Origin: Terriglobia bacterium
GTDB taxonomy: Bacteria; Acidobacteriota; Terriglobia; JAJPHL01; JAPKYU01
NCBI GenBank assembly: GCA_965206645.1
Contig: CBDBKE010000004.1
Location: 672,001 to 736,000, forward strand
DNA length: 64,000 bases
Direction: 5' to 3'
Shown here: positions 1-9,926 of the stretch, one piece after another
How the letters are laid out: each line of letters opens with the position of its first letter
Numbering within the stretch: the first letter of the stretch is position 1
Notes under the pieces: model-generated
What the model saw: the letters and a program-made list of their open reading frames with translations, nothing else
What the model was told of the DNA's origin: nothing
Databases searched by the model: none
Made by a program: the position numbers and the translations under genes

Positions 1-1000
1 GCACCGTGACCCCCTCGTAGAGCGCAGTGCCGTTCTGGTTGGCGGTCGAGCCCACGGTCAGAACAAAGCCGCCGATCTGGCGTGGCACGCCCAGCTCCTG
101 CTCGGCCACCCGCAGGGTGACCGGCAGGGTCGCGTTGCTCGAAGAGGTAGAGAATCCCGTCAGCAGAATCTCCCGGGTGCGCCGGAAGAACTGGAGGGGC
201 GAATACCCAACCGCGTATCTCAAAAAGAGCGGGTACACAACAAACATGTGCAGCGCCAGCCCGCCAATGACGACACCGACGTACCAGGCCAGCTTTTGAA
301 GAATCTCGAAGCCGAAGCGCGCCGTCAGGCTGAACAGCAGCGCCGCCACGCCGTAGGGGGCCAGCTTCATCGCCAGGCCGATCACCTTCATCACTACCTC
401 ATAAACAGCCTGAAGCAAGCTGATCAGGGGCTGGACGCGCTCGCGCGGGCACAGCGTGACGGCAATGCCGATGAGGAGCGAGAAGACCATGACCGCCACC
501 ATCTCGCCCCGAAAGGCATTCACCATCGCCTGCAAGGGGTTCGCGGGGATCAGGTCGAGCAGGATTTCGATGCCCGCCTTGCGGGGCGGCACCTCGATGT
601 CAGCCGCCGTGCGGCCCAGAATCTCGAGCAGATTGGCTTTGTCGGCCTCCTGCATGCCGACACCCGGCCGGATCAGGTTGACCAGGGTGATCCCGATCAG
701 CACCGAGATGCTGCTCAGCACCAGGGTGAAGACAACGGTCTTCAGCCCGACTCGGCCCAGCCTGCGCACGTCGCCCAGCTCCGCCACCCCCAGCACCAGG
801 GCTGAGAAGATGAGCGGGATCACCACCATGAAGATCAGGCGCAGGAAAATCTGGCCGGCAGGGTAGGTGACTGTGCGAACGAAGTCTTGCAGCCCCTCCG
901 TCGGTCCCCACACCCAGTTTGCTACCAGGCCGGCGCCAGCGCCGGCCACCATCCCGTAGAGAATCTTCTGGTGCAGGGGAGTTCCGCCCGCCTTAGCCAT
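1..1000 (-). CDS. Dicarboxylate/amino acid:cation symporter (DAACS/GltP family), 3' end outside the window
   Basis: Translated by hand from ATG 1000: MAKAGGTPLHQKILYGM...FLRLIFMVVIPLIFSAL...FSTSSSNATLPVT...GSTANQNGTALYEGVT. These are the DAACS signature motifs. Absent from the ORF track because it runs off the edge. Confidence 0.92.
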   Translation of the reverse strand, partial: MAKAGGTPLHQKILYGMVAGAGAGLVANWVWGPTEGLQDFVRTVTYPAGQIFLRLIFMVVIPLIFSALVLGVAELGDVRRLGRVGLKTVVFTLVLSSISVLIGITLVNLIRPGVGMQEADKANLLEILGRTAADIEVPPRKAGIEILLDLIPANPLQAMVNAFRGEMVAVMVFSLLIGIAVTLCPRERVQPLISLLQAVYEVVMKVIGLAMKLAPYGVAALLFSLTARFGFEILQKLAWYVGVVIGGLALHMFVVYPLFLRYAVGYSPLQFFRRTREILLTGFSTSSSNATLPVTLRVAEQELGVPRQIGGFVLTVGSTANQNGTALYEGVTV

Positions 1001-1159
1001 GGCGCCGTATTATAACGGGTTCGCGCAGCCAAGGTCGAGCCACAATCCTGCGTGGACACCGGTCGTTGGCCTGCATGAACGCCGGTCGTTGGAATGAAAC
1101 AGGAGCATGGAGGGCGGGGTCTTGAAGCAGCTACTCCTCAGTTGCGTCGCGCCAAAATC

Positions 1160-1945
1160 TCACTGGCCCAGGTTTGCTTTGCCGTGATTCTGGCCGGGCT
1201 TACTGGCGAGCACGCAGGACACGTTCCAGCCCTGAATGACGTTTAGCGGGAAGATTCGAACTTGGATGTTCTCGAATCCTATTCTCGAGAGGGTTGTGTA
1301 AAGCCAGCTTGCTTCGTAAGACAACATTCGCATGAACAATTTTCCTTGCCTGCGCCGGAGCCGGTATCTCCGACAATCGGCTCTGAGTTGCCCCAAAGCC
1401 TTTTGAAGAACATAGACGGGGCGATAGAGCCAGGGTAGCCGCGGCCAGGCGCAGAGCGGCAATTGAACCATCATCGTTCCACACGGCGCAAGGATGCGAA
1501 AGATTTCTCCGAAGCAGGCTGCCCCCTGGGAAACGTGGTCGAAGTGCTGAAATACTTGCGTAGAAAACACCGAACAAACTGAGCGACTCGAGAGCGGCAG
1601 TGCGTTTCCGTCGGCGATGCAAAAATGGACGGACTTTTCTTGGACGTGAGGACGAGCCCGGTCAATCATCTCCTCAGAGATGTCCACTGCGTATACCCTC
1701 TCGAAATGGCGGCTTAAGGGGAGGATCATACGTCCCGGGCCGCAGCCGATCTCCACACAACTGCTTTTGTTCAGTCCATACTGCTGCCACTGCTGCCGGT
1801 AGTCTTCCCAATCCAGGGCACCCGAGGCAAGAAACTCCTCCTCTGTCCAGGGATGAGCGCCTGTCTTTTGCTTACCAGTCCAAGATACCGCAGCATAGAG
1901 TGGGTCCGTCTGGCCCCATCTTCTCCATTCGATAATGGATTTCAC
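1160..1945 (-). CDS. Class I SAM-dependent methyltransferase
   Basis: VEIGCGPGR motif I, AVDISEEMI, VFQHF, EIFRILAPCG. Looks lower in GC than its neighbours. Confidence 0.85.
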   Translation of the reverse strand: MKSIIEWRRWGQTDPLYAAVSWTGKQKTGAHPWTEEEFLASGALDWEDYRQQWQQYGLNKSSCVEIGCGPGRMILPLSRHFERVYAVDISEEMIDRARPHVQEKSVHFCIADGNALPLSSRSVCSVFSTQVFQHFDHVSQGAACFGEIFRILAPCGTMMVQLPLCAWPRLPWLYRPVYVLQKALGQLRADCRRYRLRRRQGKLFMRMLSYEASWLYTTLSRIGFENIQVRIFPLNVIQGWNVSCVLASKPGQNHGKANLGQ

Positions 1946-2148
1946 TATCGGCCCCTACAAACTCGTCACTTAGCCACCGCTTGGACTTTCTCTAAGTTCA
2001 TCAGATTACTTGAAGGTGCCCTGCATCGGCACACCTTTTCTGTTGCGGAAGAAGGAGTTGCGAGATGGATTGACGACCATCGGTAGGATGCTAACCGACA
2101 CAACGAAGCGAACCGAAAGCCGGGGAAGCGCACTATAATCACTGAAGG

Positions 2149-4770
2149 ATGTCGGAGCCTTCGACGCCGCTGATGCGGCAGTACAGCGCGATCAAGCAGC
2201 AGCATCCCAATGCCCTGCTCCTGTTCCGGCTGGGAGACTTCTACGAGCTGTTCTACGAAGACGCCGTGATCGCGGCGCGCGAGCTGCAGATCACGCTGAC
2301 CTCGCGCAACAAGGAGCGCGGCACCCCTGTCCCCATGTGCGGCGTTCCCCACCACGCCATTCAGAGCTACGTCCACCGGCTCGTCCAAAAGGGCTACCGG
2401 GTGGCCATGTGCGAGCAAATGGAAGACCCCCGCTTTGCCAAAAAGCTCGTGAAACGCGAGGTGACGCGGGTGGTGACGCCGGGAACAGCAGTAGAAACAG
2501 CGCAAGCCACCGAGCCCAACTACCTGGCCGCTATCCGCCCCCTGGGCGACCGAATTGGGCTCGCCTGCGCCGACCTGTCCACCGGAGAGTTCCGGACCAC
2601 CGAGTTCGAGGGCCCGGAGCGCGAGGCTGCCTGCGCCGAAGAGATGGCGCATCTGCGCCCGCGCGAGGTGCTGTGGCCAGCTTCGGCCCCCTGGCTGGCC
2701 GCGCTGTCCGAGGTTGCGGACGGCGCCACGGGCGCGCGCTTCACCCGTAGCGAACTGGATGAGTGGGCCTTCGCGCCAGACTATGCCCGGCGGCTGCTGG
2801 GTGATCACTTCGGGGTGCTCACCCTGGACGGCTTCGGCCTGGCTGGCCGCGAGGCCGCCATCGCGGCCGCAGGCGCCGTGCTGCATTATCTGCGCGAGAC
2901 CCAGCGGGCCGGCCTCGAGCACATGGACGGCATCAACTTCTACCAGCAGCAGCAGTGGATGATCCTGGACTGGGTGACGGCACGGAACCTGGAGCTGGTC
3001 GAGCCGTTATTTCCCGGCCAGACCGACGCCACGATGCTGGCTATGCTGGACCGCACGCTCACCCATATGGGCGCGCGGCTGTTGCGGAGATGGCTGCTGC
3101 GCCCTTCTCTGGACCGGACAGCCATTGAGGCCCGTCTGGACGCGGTCGAGGAGCTGAAGCGCGAGACCATCGCCCGGGGCGAACTGGAACGCACCATGTC
3201 CGGCGTACTGGATTTGGAGCGGCTGCTCAGCAAGACCACGCTGGGGACGGCTACGCCGCGCGACATGCTGGGAATGGGCGCGTCGCTGGAACGCATCCCT
3301 TCTTTGCGCGCCACGCTGGGGCGCTTCACGAGCGCGCGCCTAGCACAGTTGCGGGAAGACATGGACGAGCTTGCGGATGTGGCTGGCCTGCTGGCCCGCG
3401 CCATCAGCTCCGATGCGCCCGCCAACCCGGCCGACAGCGGCGTGATCCGTGATGGCTACCATGCCGAACTCGATGAGCTGCGTGGCCTGAGCCGCAACAG
3501 CAAGAACTACATCGCCCAGATCGAGGCACGCGAGCGAGCCCGCACCGGCATCGGCTCCCTCAAGGTCCGCTTCAACAACATCTTCGGCTACTACCTGGAA
3601 GTCTCCCGCCCCAACCTGCACCTGGTTCCAACCGATTACGAGCGGAAGCAGACGCTGGCGAATGCCGAGCGCTTCACCACGACGGAACTGAAGGAGTACG
3701 AACGCCGCGTACTGGACGCGGAAGAAAAAATCCTGGAGTTGGAGCGCGCACTGTTCGCCGAGGTGCGCGCACGGGTGGGAGCGCACGCCGCGCGCATCCG
3801 CCGCACGGCGGGGGCGCTGGCCGAGGCTGACGTGCTGCGCAACTTCGCCGCGCTGGCCGCCGAGTATCACTACAGCCGACCGCAGTTCTCCTCGACCGGT
3901 GGAGGTGGCGAGATGCAGGTCCTCGCCGGGCGCCACCCGGTGATCGAGCAGTTGGCCGAGCGCGAGCGGGCCGAGCGCTTCGTCCCCAACGACCTCTACC
4001 TGAACGATGCCAGCGACTTGATCCTGCTCCTCACAGGACCGAACATGGGCGGCAAGTCCACCTATCTCCGCCAGACGGCGCTGATGTCGATTCTGGCGCA
4101 GATGGGCAGCTTCGTGCCAGCCCAGAGCGCGCGGATGCCGCTGCTGGACCGCATCTTTACCCGCATCGGCGCCGGCGACAACCTGGCGCGGGGCCGCTCC
4201 ACCTTCCTGATGGAGATGACCGAAACCGCCGCCATCCTGAACACGGCCACACCGCGCAGCCTGATCCTGCTGGACGAAATCGGGCGTGGGACGGCGACCT
4301 TTGACGGGCTGGCCATTGCCTGGGCGGTGGTGGAACACATCCACGGCCGCACCCGCGCCAAGACCCTGTTTGCCACCCATTACCACGAGCTGACAGCGCT
4401 GGCCGAGCACCTGCCCGGAGTGAAGAACTACCACGTTTCGGTCAGAGAGACCCAGGACGGCATCGTATTCCTGCGCAAGGTGGAGCTCGGCAGCGCCGAC
4501 CGCAGTTACGGCATCGAGGTGGCGCGGCTGGCCGGACTGCCGCCGGGCGTGGTGGAGCGCTCGCGCGAGGTGCTGGCGCTGCACGAGCGCGGCGAAGAAC
4601 GCGTCAGCGAAACGCTGTCGCCCGGGGCCCAGCCGGCCCCCGTGCAGTTAACTATTTTTACACCCCTGAACCAGGATATCTTGCAGGCCATTGCCCAGGC
4701 GGATTTGGACAACCTGCGCCCCATCGAGGCGCTGACGTTGCTGGCGCGCCTGAAGCAGCAGATCACATGA
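2149..4770 (+). CDS. mutS: DNA mismatch repair protein MutS
   Basis: TPLMRQY, FRLGDFYELF, Walker A TGPNMGGKST, STFLMEM, LDEIGRGT, FATHYHEL, SYGIEVARLAG. Confidence 0.98.
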   Translation: MSEPSTPLMRQYSAIKQQHPNALLLFRLGDFYELFYEDAVIAARELQITLTSRNKERGTPVPMCGVPHHAIQSYVHRLVQKGYRVAMCEQMEDPRFAKKLVKREVTRVVTPGTAVETAQATEPNYLAAIRPLGDRIGLACADLSTGEFRTTEFEGPEREAACAEEMAHLRPREVLWPASAPWLAALSEVADGATGARFTRSELDEWAFAPDYARRLLGDHFGVLTLDGFGLAGREAAIAAAGAVLHYLRETQRAGLEHMDGINFYQQQQWMILDWVTARNLELVEPLFPGQTDATMLAMLDRTLTHMGARLLRRWLLRPSLDRTAIEARLDAVEELKRETIARGELERTMSGVLDLERLLSKTTLGTATPRDMLGMGASLERIPSLRATLGRFTSARLAQLREDMDELADVAGLLARAISSDAPANPADSGVIRDGYHAELDELRGLSRNSKNYIAQIEARERARTGIGSLKVRFNNIFGYYLEVSRPNLHLVPTDYERKQTLANAERFTTTELKEYERRVLDAEEKILELERALFAEVRARVGAHAARIRRTAGALAEADVLRNFAALAAEYHYSRPQFSSTGGGGEMQVLAGRHPVIEQLAERERAERFVPNDLYLNDASDLILLLTGPNMGGKSTYLRQTALMSILAQMGSFVPAQSARMPLLDRIFTRIGAGDNLARGRSTFLMEMTETAAILNTATPRSLILLDEIGRGTATFDGLAIAWAVVEHIHGRTRAKTLFATHYHELTALAEHLPGVKNYHVSVRETQDGIVFLRKVELGSADRSYGIEVARLAGLPPGVVERSREVLALHERGEERVSETLSPGAQPAPVQLTIFTPLNQDILQAIAQADLDNLRPIEALTLLARLKQQIT

Positions 4771-6086
4771 TGGAAATCGAAACTGCCGCCGGCCGACTCT
4801 TGTTGGTCGGCTTTGAACGGAACACATTTGATGAGGAGCTGGCGCGTCTGCTGAGCGAAATCCGGCCGGCCGGCGTGATCCTCTTCGCGCACAATATCGC
4901 CGGAGCGGCCGAAGTTGCCGCGCTGGTCCAGCAGATTGTCCAGGCGCTGGCCGAGCACGGGCCGCCCGGCGGGCTTCCCCTGCTGGCCATGGACCTGGAG
5001 GGCGGCCCGGTGGACCAGCTGCGCAACGTGCTGGCACCGTTCCCTTCACCGCGAACGGTGGCAGCTACAAACGACGATCTCTTCGTTCGCGATTTTGGCG
5101 CGTTAGTGGGAGAAGCGCTGGCCAGCTTCGGCCTCAATGTGGACCTGGCGCCCGTGCTCGATTTGGCCAGCACGCCAGCCGAACCTGTGCTGGGCCCCCG
5201 CGCGGTCAGCGCGGATCCCCCACAAGTGGTGCGCTTCGGCCGCAACTTCCTGGCGGGCCTCACTCGCCAGGGCGTAGTCGGCTGCGGCAAGCATTTTCCA
5301 GGCCTGGGCAGCGCGTCCGCGGATACTCATATCGAGTTACCCCGTGTGGAAAAGCCGGCCGAGCAGTTGTGGGAAGAAGACCTGCTTCCTTTTCGGGAAC
5401 TGCACAATGAGATTCCCCTGGTGATGGCAAGCCACGCCTGGTATCCGTCGCTGGAGACCACGGGCGAGGCCGCGCGACCGGCTTCCCTTTCCAGCCAGAT
5501 CCTTCGGGGGCTGCTGCGGGAACGTATCGGCTTCCGCGGGGTAGTGGTTTCCGATGACCTTGGGATGGGCGGCATGCTGGCCGGCCGCTCGATTGGCGAG
5601 GCCGCCGTGGCCGCTGTCGAAGCTGGCTGCGACCTGCTGCCCGTCTGCCGCTCGGAAGAGAACATCCGAGCCGCACACCGGGCGCTGGTGGAGCGCGCGA
5701 GCCAGGAGGCCGGCTTCGGCGAGCGGGTTCAGGAAGCTGCCCGGCGCGTCGAAGGGCTCCAGCAGGAGCTACAGAAAGCCGCGACCGCACGCTCCCGCCC
5801 GGACTGGCAGCGATTGAGCCAGGCCATCCAGCACCTGCACGAGCGCGCCGAGGACATGGGCACGCTAGCCGCCGTCATGCCCCGCTTCAACACGGATGCG
5901 ACGCGCCCCCAGCGCAGCCGCCGGCCACCGCCCGGCGGCCGCGACGCTCGACGAGGGGCCGGACCCCGGCGCGATCGCCACGGCCGTGAAGACCGCGCTC
6001 CTGGTCCGGGCCGCCCGCATAGGCCACTCGGCCCCCGTGACCGGCCTTCTCGCCCTCCCGGCCGCCGGCCACCACGGGAACCTTGA
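4767..6086 (+). CDS. nagZ: Beta-N-acetylhexosaminidase (GH3, NagZ) with an Arg/Pro-rich C-terminal tail
   Basis: DLEGGPV, APVLD, KHFPGLGSASADTH, SDDLGM motifs. ATGA overlap with mutS; adjacent to anmK. Confidence 0.9.
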   Translation: MMEIETAAGRLLLVGFERNTFDEELARLLSEIRPAGVILFAHNIAGAAEVAALVQQIVQALAEHGPPGGLPLLAMDLEGGPVDQLRNVLAPFPSPRTVAATNDDLFVRDFGALVGEALASFGLNVDLAPVLDLASTPAEPVLGPRAVSADPPQVVRFGRNFLAGLTRQGVVGCGKHFPGLGSASADTHIELPRVEKPAEQLWEEDLLPFRELHNEIPLVMASHAWYPSLETTGEAARPASLSSQILRGLLRERIGFRGVVVSDDLGMGGMLAGRSIGEAAVAAVEAGCDLLPVCRSEENIRAAHRALVERASQEAGFGERVQEAARRVEGLQQELQKAATARSRPDWQRLSQAIQHLHERAEDMGTLAAVMPRFNTDATRPQRSRRPPPGGRDARRGAGPRRDRHGREDRAPGPGRPHRPLGPRDRPSRPPGRRPPREP

Positions 6087-7267
6087 TACGCATGGGGATG
6101 CGCGCGGGGAGGCGGGTGGGCGGACTCCGCGTCGCGGGACTCCTCAGCGGCACCTCGATGGACGGCATCGATGTCGCCATCGTCCGCATCCGCGGTGCCG
6201 GCTCGCGTATCCGCCTGCACCTGGAAAGCTTCCGCACGGTACCCTATCCGGCCCGGGTCCGCCGGGCGCTGCTCGGAAGCTGCAACGCCAGGCAAATCTC
6301 GGTGGCCGAAATCAGCCAACTCAATTTCCTGGTCGGGGAACTTTTCTCCCGCGCGGTTGAGAAGACTTGCGCCAAAGCGCAAATCCCGCTGCGGTCATTG
6401 GACCTGATCGGCTCACACGGCCAGACCATCTACCACCAGGGCAGCGCTAGCAACGCGCACAGCTTCCGCGTGGCATCGACGTTGCAGATTGGCGAGCCGG
6501 CCATAATTGCCGAGCGGATTGGCGTTCCCACGGTGGCCGACTTCCGTACGGCTGACATGGCGGCGGGAGGCACGGGTGCGCCGCTGGCGCCTCTCCTGGA
6601 TTACCTGCTCTACCGGCACCCGCAGCGAGGACGCGCGGCGCTGAATATCGGCGGCATCGCCAACGTCACCCTGATCCCGCCCGGCGCGGCGCCAGCCGAT
6701 GTGGTGGCGCTGGATACCGGTCCGGGCAACATGGTGCTGGATGCGCTGGCGGAGCGGTTCACCGGCGGCCGTCGCCACTTCGACCGCGACGGTCAAGTGG
6801 CGGCGCGAGGCCGCGTGCGCCAAGCGCTGCTGCGCCGCCTGTTACGTCACCCGTTCTTCCGACAGCCTGCGCCACGCACGGCAGGCCGGGAGGAGTTCGG
6901 GCGCGAGTTTGTGGCCACGCTGCTCCGTGAGAAGCTGTCGCCTCAAGATCTGCTGGCCACTGCCACGGCGCTCACCGCCGACTCCATCGCCGGTGCGATC
7001 CGACGCTTTGCCCCCGGACCCATCAACGACCTCGTGGTCTCAGGCGGGGGCGTCCACAATCGGTTTCTCATGGCGAGGCTGGCGGCCGCGCTGCCCATCC
7101 GAATCTTAGCTGCTGAGAAGTTTGGGATCCCCGGGGACGCCAAAGAGGCGGTGCTATTCGCCGTGCTGGCCTATCACACCCTACAGAAAATCCCGGCCAA
7201 CCTGCCCTCCGCTACTGGCGCCAGACACGCCGCGATCCTGGGTAAACTGGTTCAACCCAGCCGATAA
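6083..7267 (+). CDS. anmK: Anhydro-N-acetylmuramic acid kinase
   Basis: GLLSGTSMDGID, IGSHGQT, DFRTADMAAGGTGAPL, NIGGIAN, DTGPGN, KEAVLFA. Start may be the ATG at 6092. Confidence 0.95.
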   Translation: MIRMGMRAGRRVGGLRVAGLLSGTSMDGIDVAIVRIRGAGSRIRLHLESFRTVPYPARVRRALLGSCNARQISVAEISQLNFLVGELFSRAVEKTCAKAQIPLRSLDLIGSHGQTIYHQGSASNAHSFRVASTLQIGEPAIIAERIGVPTVADFRTADMAAGGTGAPLAPLLDYLLYRHPQRGRAALNIGGIANVTLIPPGAAPADVVALDTGPGNMVLDALAERFTGGRRHFDRDGQVAARGRVRQALLRRLLRHPFFRQPAPRTAGREEFGREFVATLLREKLSPQDLLATATALTADSIAGAIRRFAPGPINDLVVSGGGVHNRFLMARLAAALPIRILAAEKFGIPGDAKEAVLFAVLAYHTLQKIPANLPSATGARHAAILGKLVQPSR

Positions 7268-7314
7268 GTCTCTGCAATCGGCTCAGAGGAGCTTCTAGAC
7301 GTGAGATCCCGGCC

Positions 7315-8166
7315 CTACTGTGACGCGGTGGCCTTTAACGTTTCGTACTGCTGGTCCTTGTTTGCCAGCTTCCGCTGAATGTCTTCACTGGTGGGTGGAA
7401 CGGCAACAGGTGGCCGCTGACTGGCTGCCCAGTCAGCCATATTGGCTTGATGGTGTTGAGAGGGAGCCCTCTCGACGTAGTCGCCCGGGATCTCGAAAAG
7501 CTCCGGCGGCGGCTCCCCTACATCCACAGAAATTGCCGTTTCTTCGCTATAGTCCGTATAGTCCGTCACGGTCCCGTCCGGTCGCCGGTACTCGAATCTC
7601 CTGCGGAGGGCATAGCAATCCAGATCGGGCGCTCGCCAGAATTGATCGCTGCCACTGACTTCCTGTAAACGGATGACCCTGAAGCCGAGTATGGTGTCTT
7701 CGCCGAGGACGCCAAATTGCCGGGGATCCAGGGGGTGCACGGCGCAGTTCGGATCGGTGAAGCGCGCATAGGGCTTGATGATGTGTTCTTCTCTCAGATG
7801 GAAGGTGGTCTTCGACCGCGTGCGTTGAGTAAACCCGATCATCCTCTTTTCCGGAACCAGCGTCACCCCGCCGCTGTGAATCAGCATTCCGTCATTTGGA
7901 AGCTCGGTATACTCGCCTTGAGCGTAGGAGCCGTCGCTGCGAACGGCATAGAAAAAGTCACGTTCCCGGAACTTTGTGGGATCATCCGCCAGTCCGGCCT
8001 TCCCATACATCTTGACGAAGAAAGCTTTCCTCGCTTCGGCAAAAACCGCTTGGGAACGGCTGTATCGGACGGCCCGAAACGAGGCCAGGCCAGCAACCAG
8101 CATCAGCAATAGGATCAGCAGAAATCTGGGTCTCATAAGGCTTTTGTGCTCCGACGCTTTCGACAT
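7315..8166 (-). CDS. Membrane-anchored or exported hypothetical protein (possibly DUF4412/LolA-like beta fold)
   Basis: N-terminal hydrophobic segment; motifs AVRSDGS, GEDTILGFRV, WRAPDLDC, GEPPPELFEIPGDY. Starts 9 nt after the stop of the Cys-rich peptide gene, with a GAGG RBS. Confidence 0.75.
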   Translation of the reverse strand: MSKASEHKSLMRPRFLLILLLMLVAGLASFRAVRYSRSQAVFAEARKAFFVKMYGKAGLADDPTKFRERDFFYAVRSDGSYAQGEYTELPNDGMLIHSGGVTLVPEKRMIGFTQRTRSKTTFHLREEHIIKPYARFTDPNCAVHPLDPRQFGVLGEDTILGFRVIRLQEVSGSDQFWRAPDLDCYALRRRFEYRRPDGTVTDYTDYSEETAISVDVGEPPPELFEIPGDYVERAPSQHHQANMADWAASQRPPVAVPPTSEDIQRKLANKDQQYETLKATASQ

Positions 8167-8175
8167 GTGGCCTCG

Positions 8176-8493
8176 TCAAGCGCAGGTTAGCGGACAGAAG
8201 AAAAACGCAGGGTTGGAGCACGCAGGCCAGCCGTACCCCACACAGGTGTCGGTATACCAGTCGCCCCACGGTGGCTGACAATACGGATTGTCCGAAGGCG
8301 TGGAGCAAATCTCGACCTGGCAAACCCAAGTTGCACAGTAAAAGGTATAGCGGATATTGCAGTAACCCAGGCAGCAGCCATTCCACTTAAGGCACGACTC
8401 CTGCGCCTGCGCCGGTTGGCTGCCAAGCCATGCACCCACTGCTGCCGCGAACAACACGATCAGCATGATTCTGTAGTTCGGAAATCGGCTCAC
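8176..8493 (-). CDS. Secreted 12-cysteine mini-protein (105-aa precursor)
   Basis: AAGGAGG RBS then GTG at 8493. Sec signal ending AQA, then a 75-aa mature part with 12 Cys and many Trp/Tyr. Confidence 0.75.
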   Translation of the reverse strand: MSRFPNYRIMLIVLFAAAVGAWLGSQPAQAQESCLKWNGCCLGYCNIRYTFYCATWVCQVEICSTPSDNPYCQPPWGDWYTDTCVGYGWPACSNPAFFFCPLTCA

Positions 8494-8559
8494 GCTCCCC
8501 TCCTTCACCCCGAAGACCTCCCCCTGTCCCTCCAGCAAGGTCTTCCCCCCAAGGCTCAA

Positions 8560-8604
8560 TTGTCGTATTAAATGTTTTAATCAGATGTCAAGCGAAATGT
8601 TTTA
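8560..8604 (-). promoter_or_regulatory. AT-rich sigma70-type promoter with direct-repeat operator
   Basis: Minus-strand TTGACA at 8586-8591, flanked by identical TAAAACATTT repeats at 8570-8579 and 8595-8604. Confidence 0.55.
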
Positions 8605-8880
8605 CTGACCAAGGCGGCCTCCAGGCGCAGAACAAAAGGCGGACTCAGGCGTTTAGGTCGCGAGCTGGAGCGCTAGCCACCAACCGTTAGACCAGCGGCC
8701 GTTCGACCCAACGGTCGGACGGGCGTAATTTGTATTGAGCGTGGAGGGATGCTATAAGCAAGGTCTTGGCCTTGCGAGAACTACCCCCAATTGAGACCGC
8801 CATCTTCGGCAAGCATGGAACCGAAATAGCCAGAGGTGCGTAAGGCTAAGGTAGAGCGCCGGAAGCTGTTCCGGTTCCCG

Positions 8881-8908
8881 GCAGTCACGGACTCGCAGTC
8901 ACGGACTC
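8881..8908. repeat. Perfect 14-bp tandem duplication
   Basis: GCAGTCACGGACTC x2, immediately before the ATG at 8910. Confidence 0.9.
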
Positions 8909-8909
8909 A

Positions 8910-9800
8910 ATGATGCCGCCATCTCCCGAGGGAAGAACTAGGCTGCTGCTATGGACAGCCGTCCTGGTGCTGGCCTTGCCAGGACTGTTGCGCGGCGTTG
9001 AGCTCTCCCAAAGGCAGGCGGCTGCTGCGCCCGATGCATCCCTGATCACCCGCATTGTGGCCAACCAGCAGGCGGCCATGAAGCGTCTGCTGCAGTTTTG
9101 CTTCCGCCAGCGCATCCTGGAAGAGAAGCTTCACGCCGACGGCCTGGTGAAGGAGACCGAGGAGCGCGAGGAGCTGGTTTGCCACCTGGACGGCGTGCCG
9201 CTGTATAAGCAACTGCTGATTAACGGACAGCCCACAGGCCAGCGCGAGACTGATCCCTGGCCAGACATCCGCAAGGACAACAACTGGCAGAAGCAGGTGC
9301 AACGTGCCGCCAAACGCCACCAGCGCTACCAGACGATGATCGGCGAAGTCCCCAAGTTGCTCGACTTCGCTCGTGTGGGGGAACGGATGGTCGAGGGACG
9401 GCGAACTGTCCTCTACCGCCTGACGCCGAAGCCAAGCTACCGGTCCAAATCTCGCGCCACCGAATTGCTGAGACATGTCACCGCGCTGAGCTGGGTAGAC
9501 CCCGAGTCCGCGCACGTGGTGCGGTTCCAGGCCCAGGTGAAGCGCGACTTTAACGTCTGGGGCGGGGTGCTGCTGAAAGTCCGTCAAGGAGCTACCATGG
9601 AGGTGCGGCAAAGGCCGGTCAACGGTGTCTGGCTCCCCTACTTTGCCGAAGAAAGGTGGCACGCCCGCATCGGGCTGATCAAAAATCAGGGATACCACAA
9701 GCGTGTCGAGCGCACCGACTTCCATCCTGCGTCCGAGCTTCCTACTGGCCGCCAGTCGTCCTCCCTCCGGGCGAAGCCAGCTCCGGACGGGGAGCTCTGA
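8910..9800 (+). CDS. Exported hypothetical protein (outer-membrane lipoprotein-sorting/MucB-like beta-rich family)
   Basis: Signal peptide; beta-strand pattern VGERMVEGRRTVLYRLTPKP...WVDPES...VWLP. Confidence 0.6.
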   Translation: MMPPSPEGRTRLLLWTAVLVLALPGLLRGVELSQRQAAAAPDASLITRIVANQQAAMKRLLQFCFRQRILEEKLHADGLVKETEEREELVCHLDGVPLYKQLLINGQPTGQRETDPWPDIRKDNNWQKQVQRAAKRHQRYQTMIGEVPKLLDFARVGERMVEGRRTVLYRLTPKPSYRSKSRATELLRHVTALSWVDPESAHVVRFQAQVKRDFNVWGGVLLKVRQGATMEVRQRPVNGVWLPYFAEERWHARIGLIKNQGYHKRVERTDFHPASELPTGRQSSSLRAKPAPDGEL

Positions 9801-9926
9801 GTGCACAGATTGGCGTTGCCAGGTGCGGCACTTCTCAGTCAGGGAAGGGGTGGATTGACAGTAGCGTCAGCCGGCACGTACCATCGGCTCGGTTTGGTCA
9901 TGGCCATCCCGAACCTCTAGCGAAGC

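Noticed and set aside
8176-8493. Ranthipeptide or lanthipeptide precursor interpretation of the Cys-rich peptide
   Set aside because: It has a Sec signal rather than a RiPP leader, and no radical SAM, LanM or YcaO gene is nearby.
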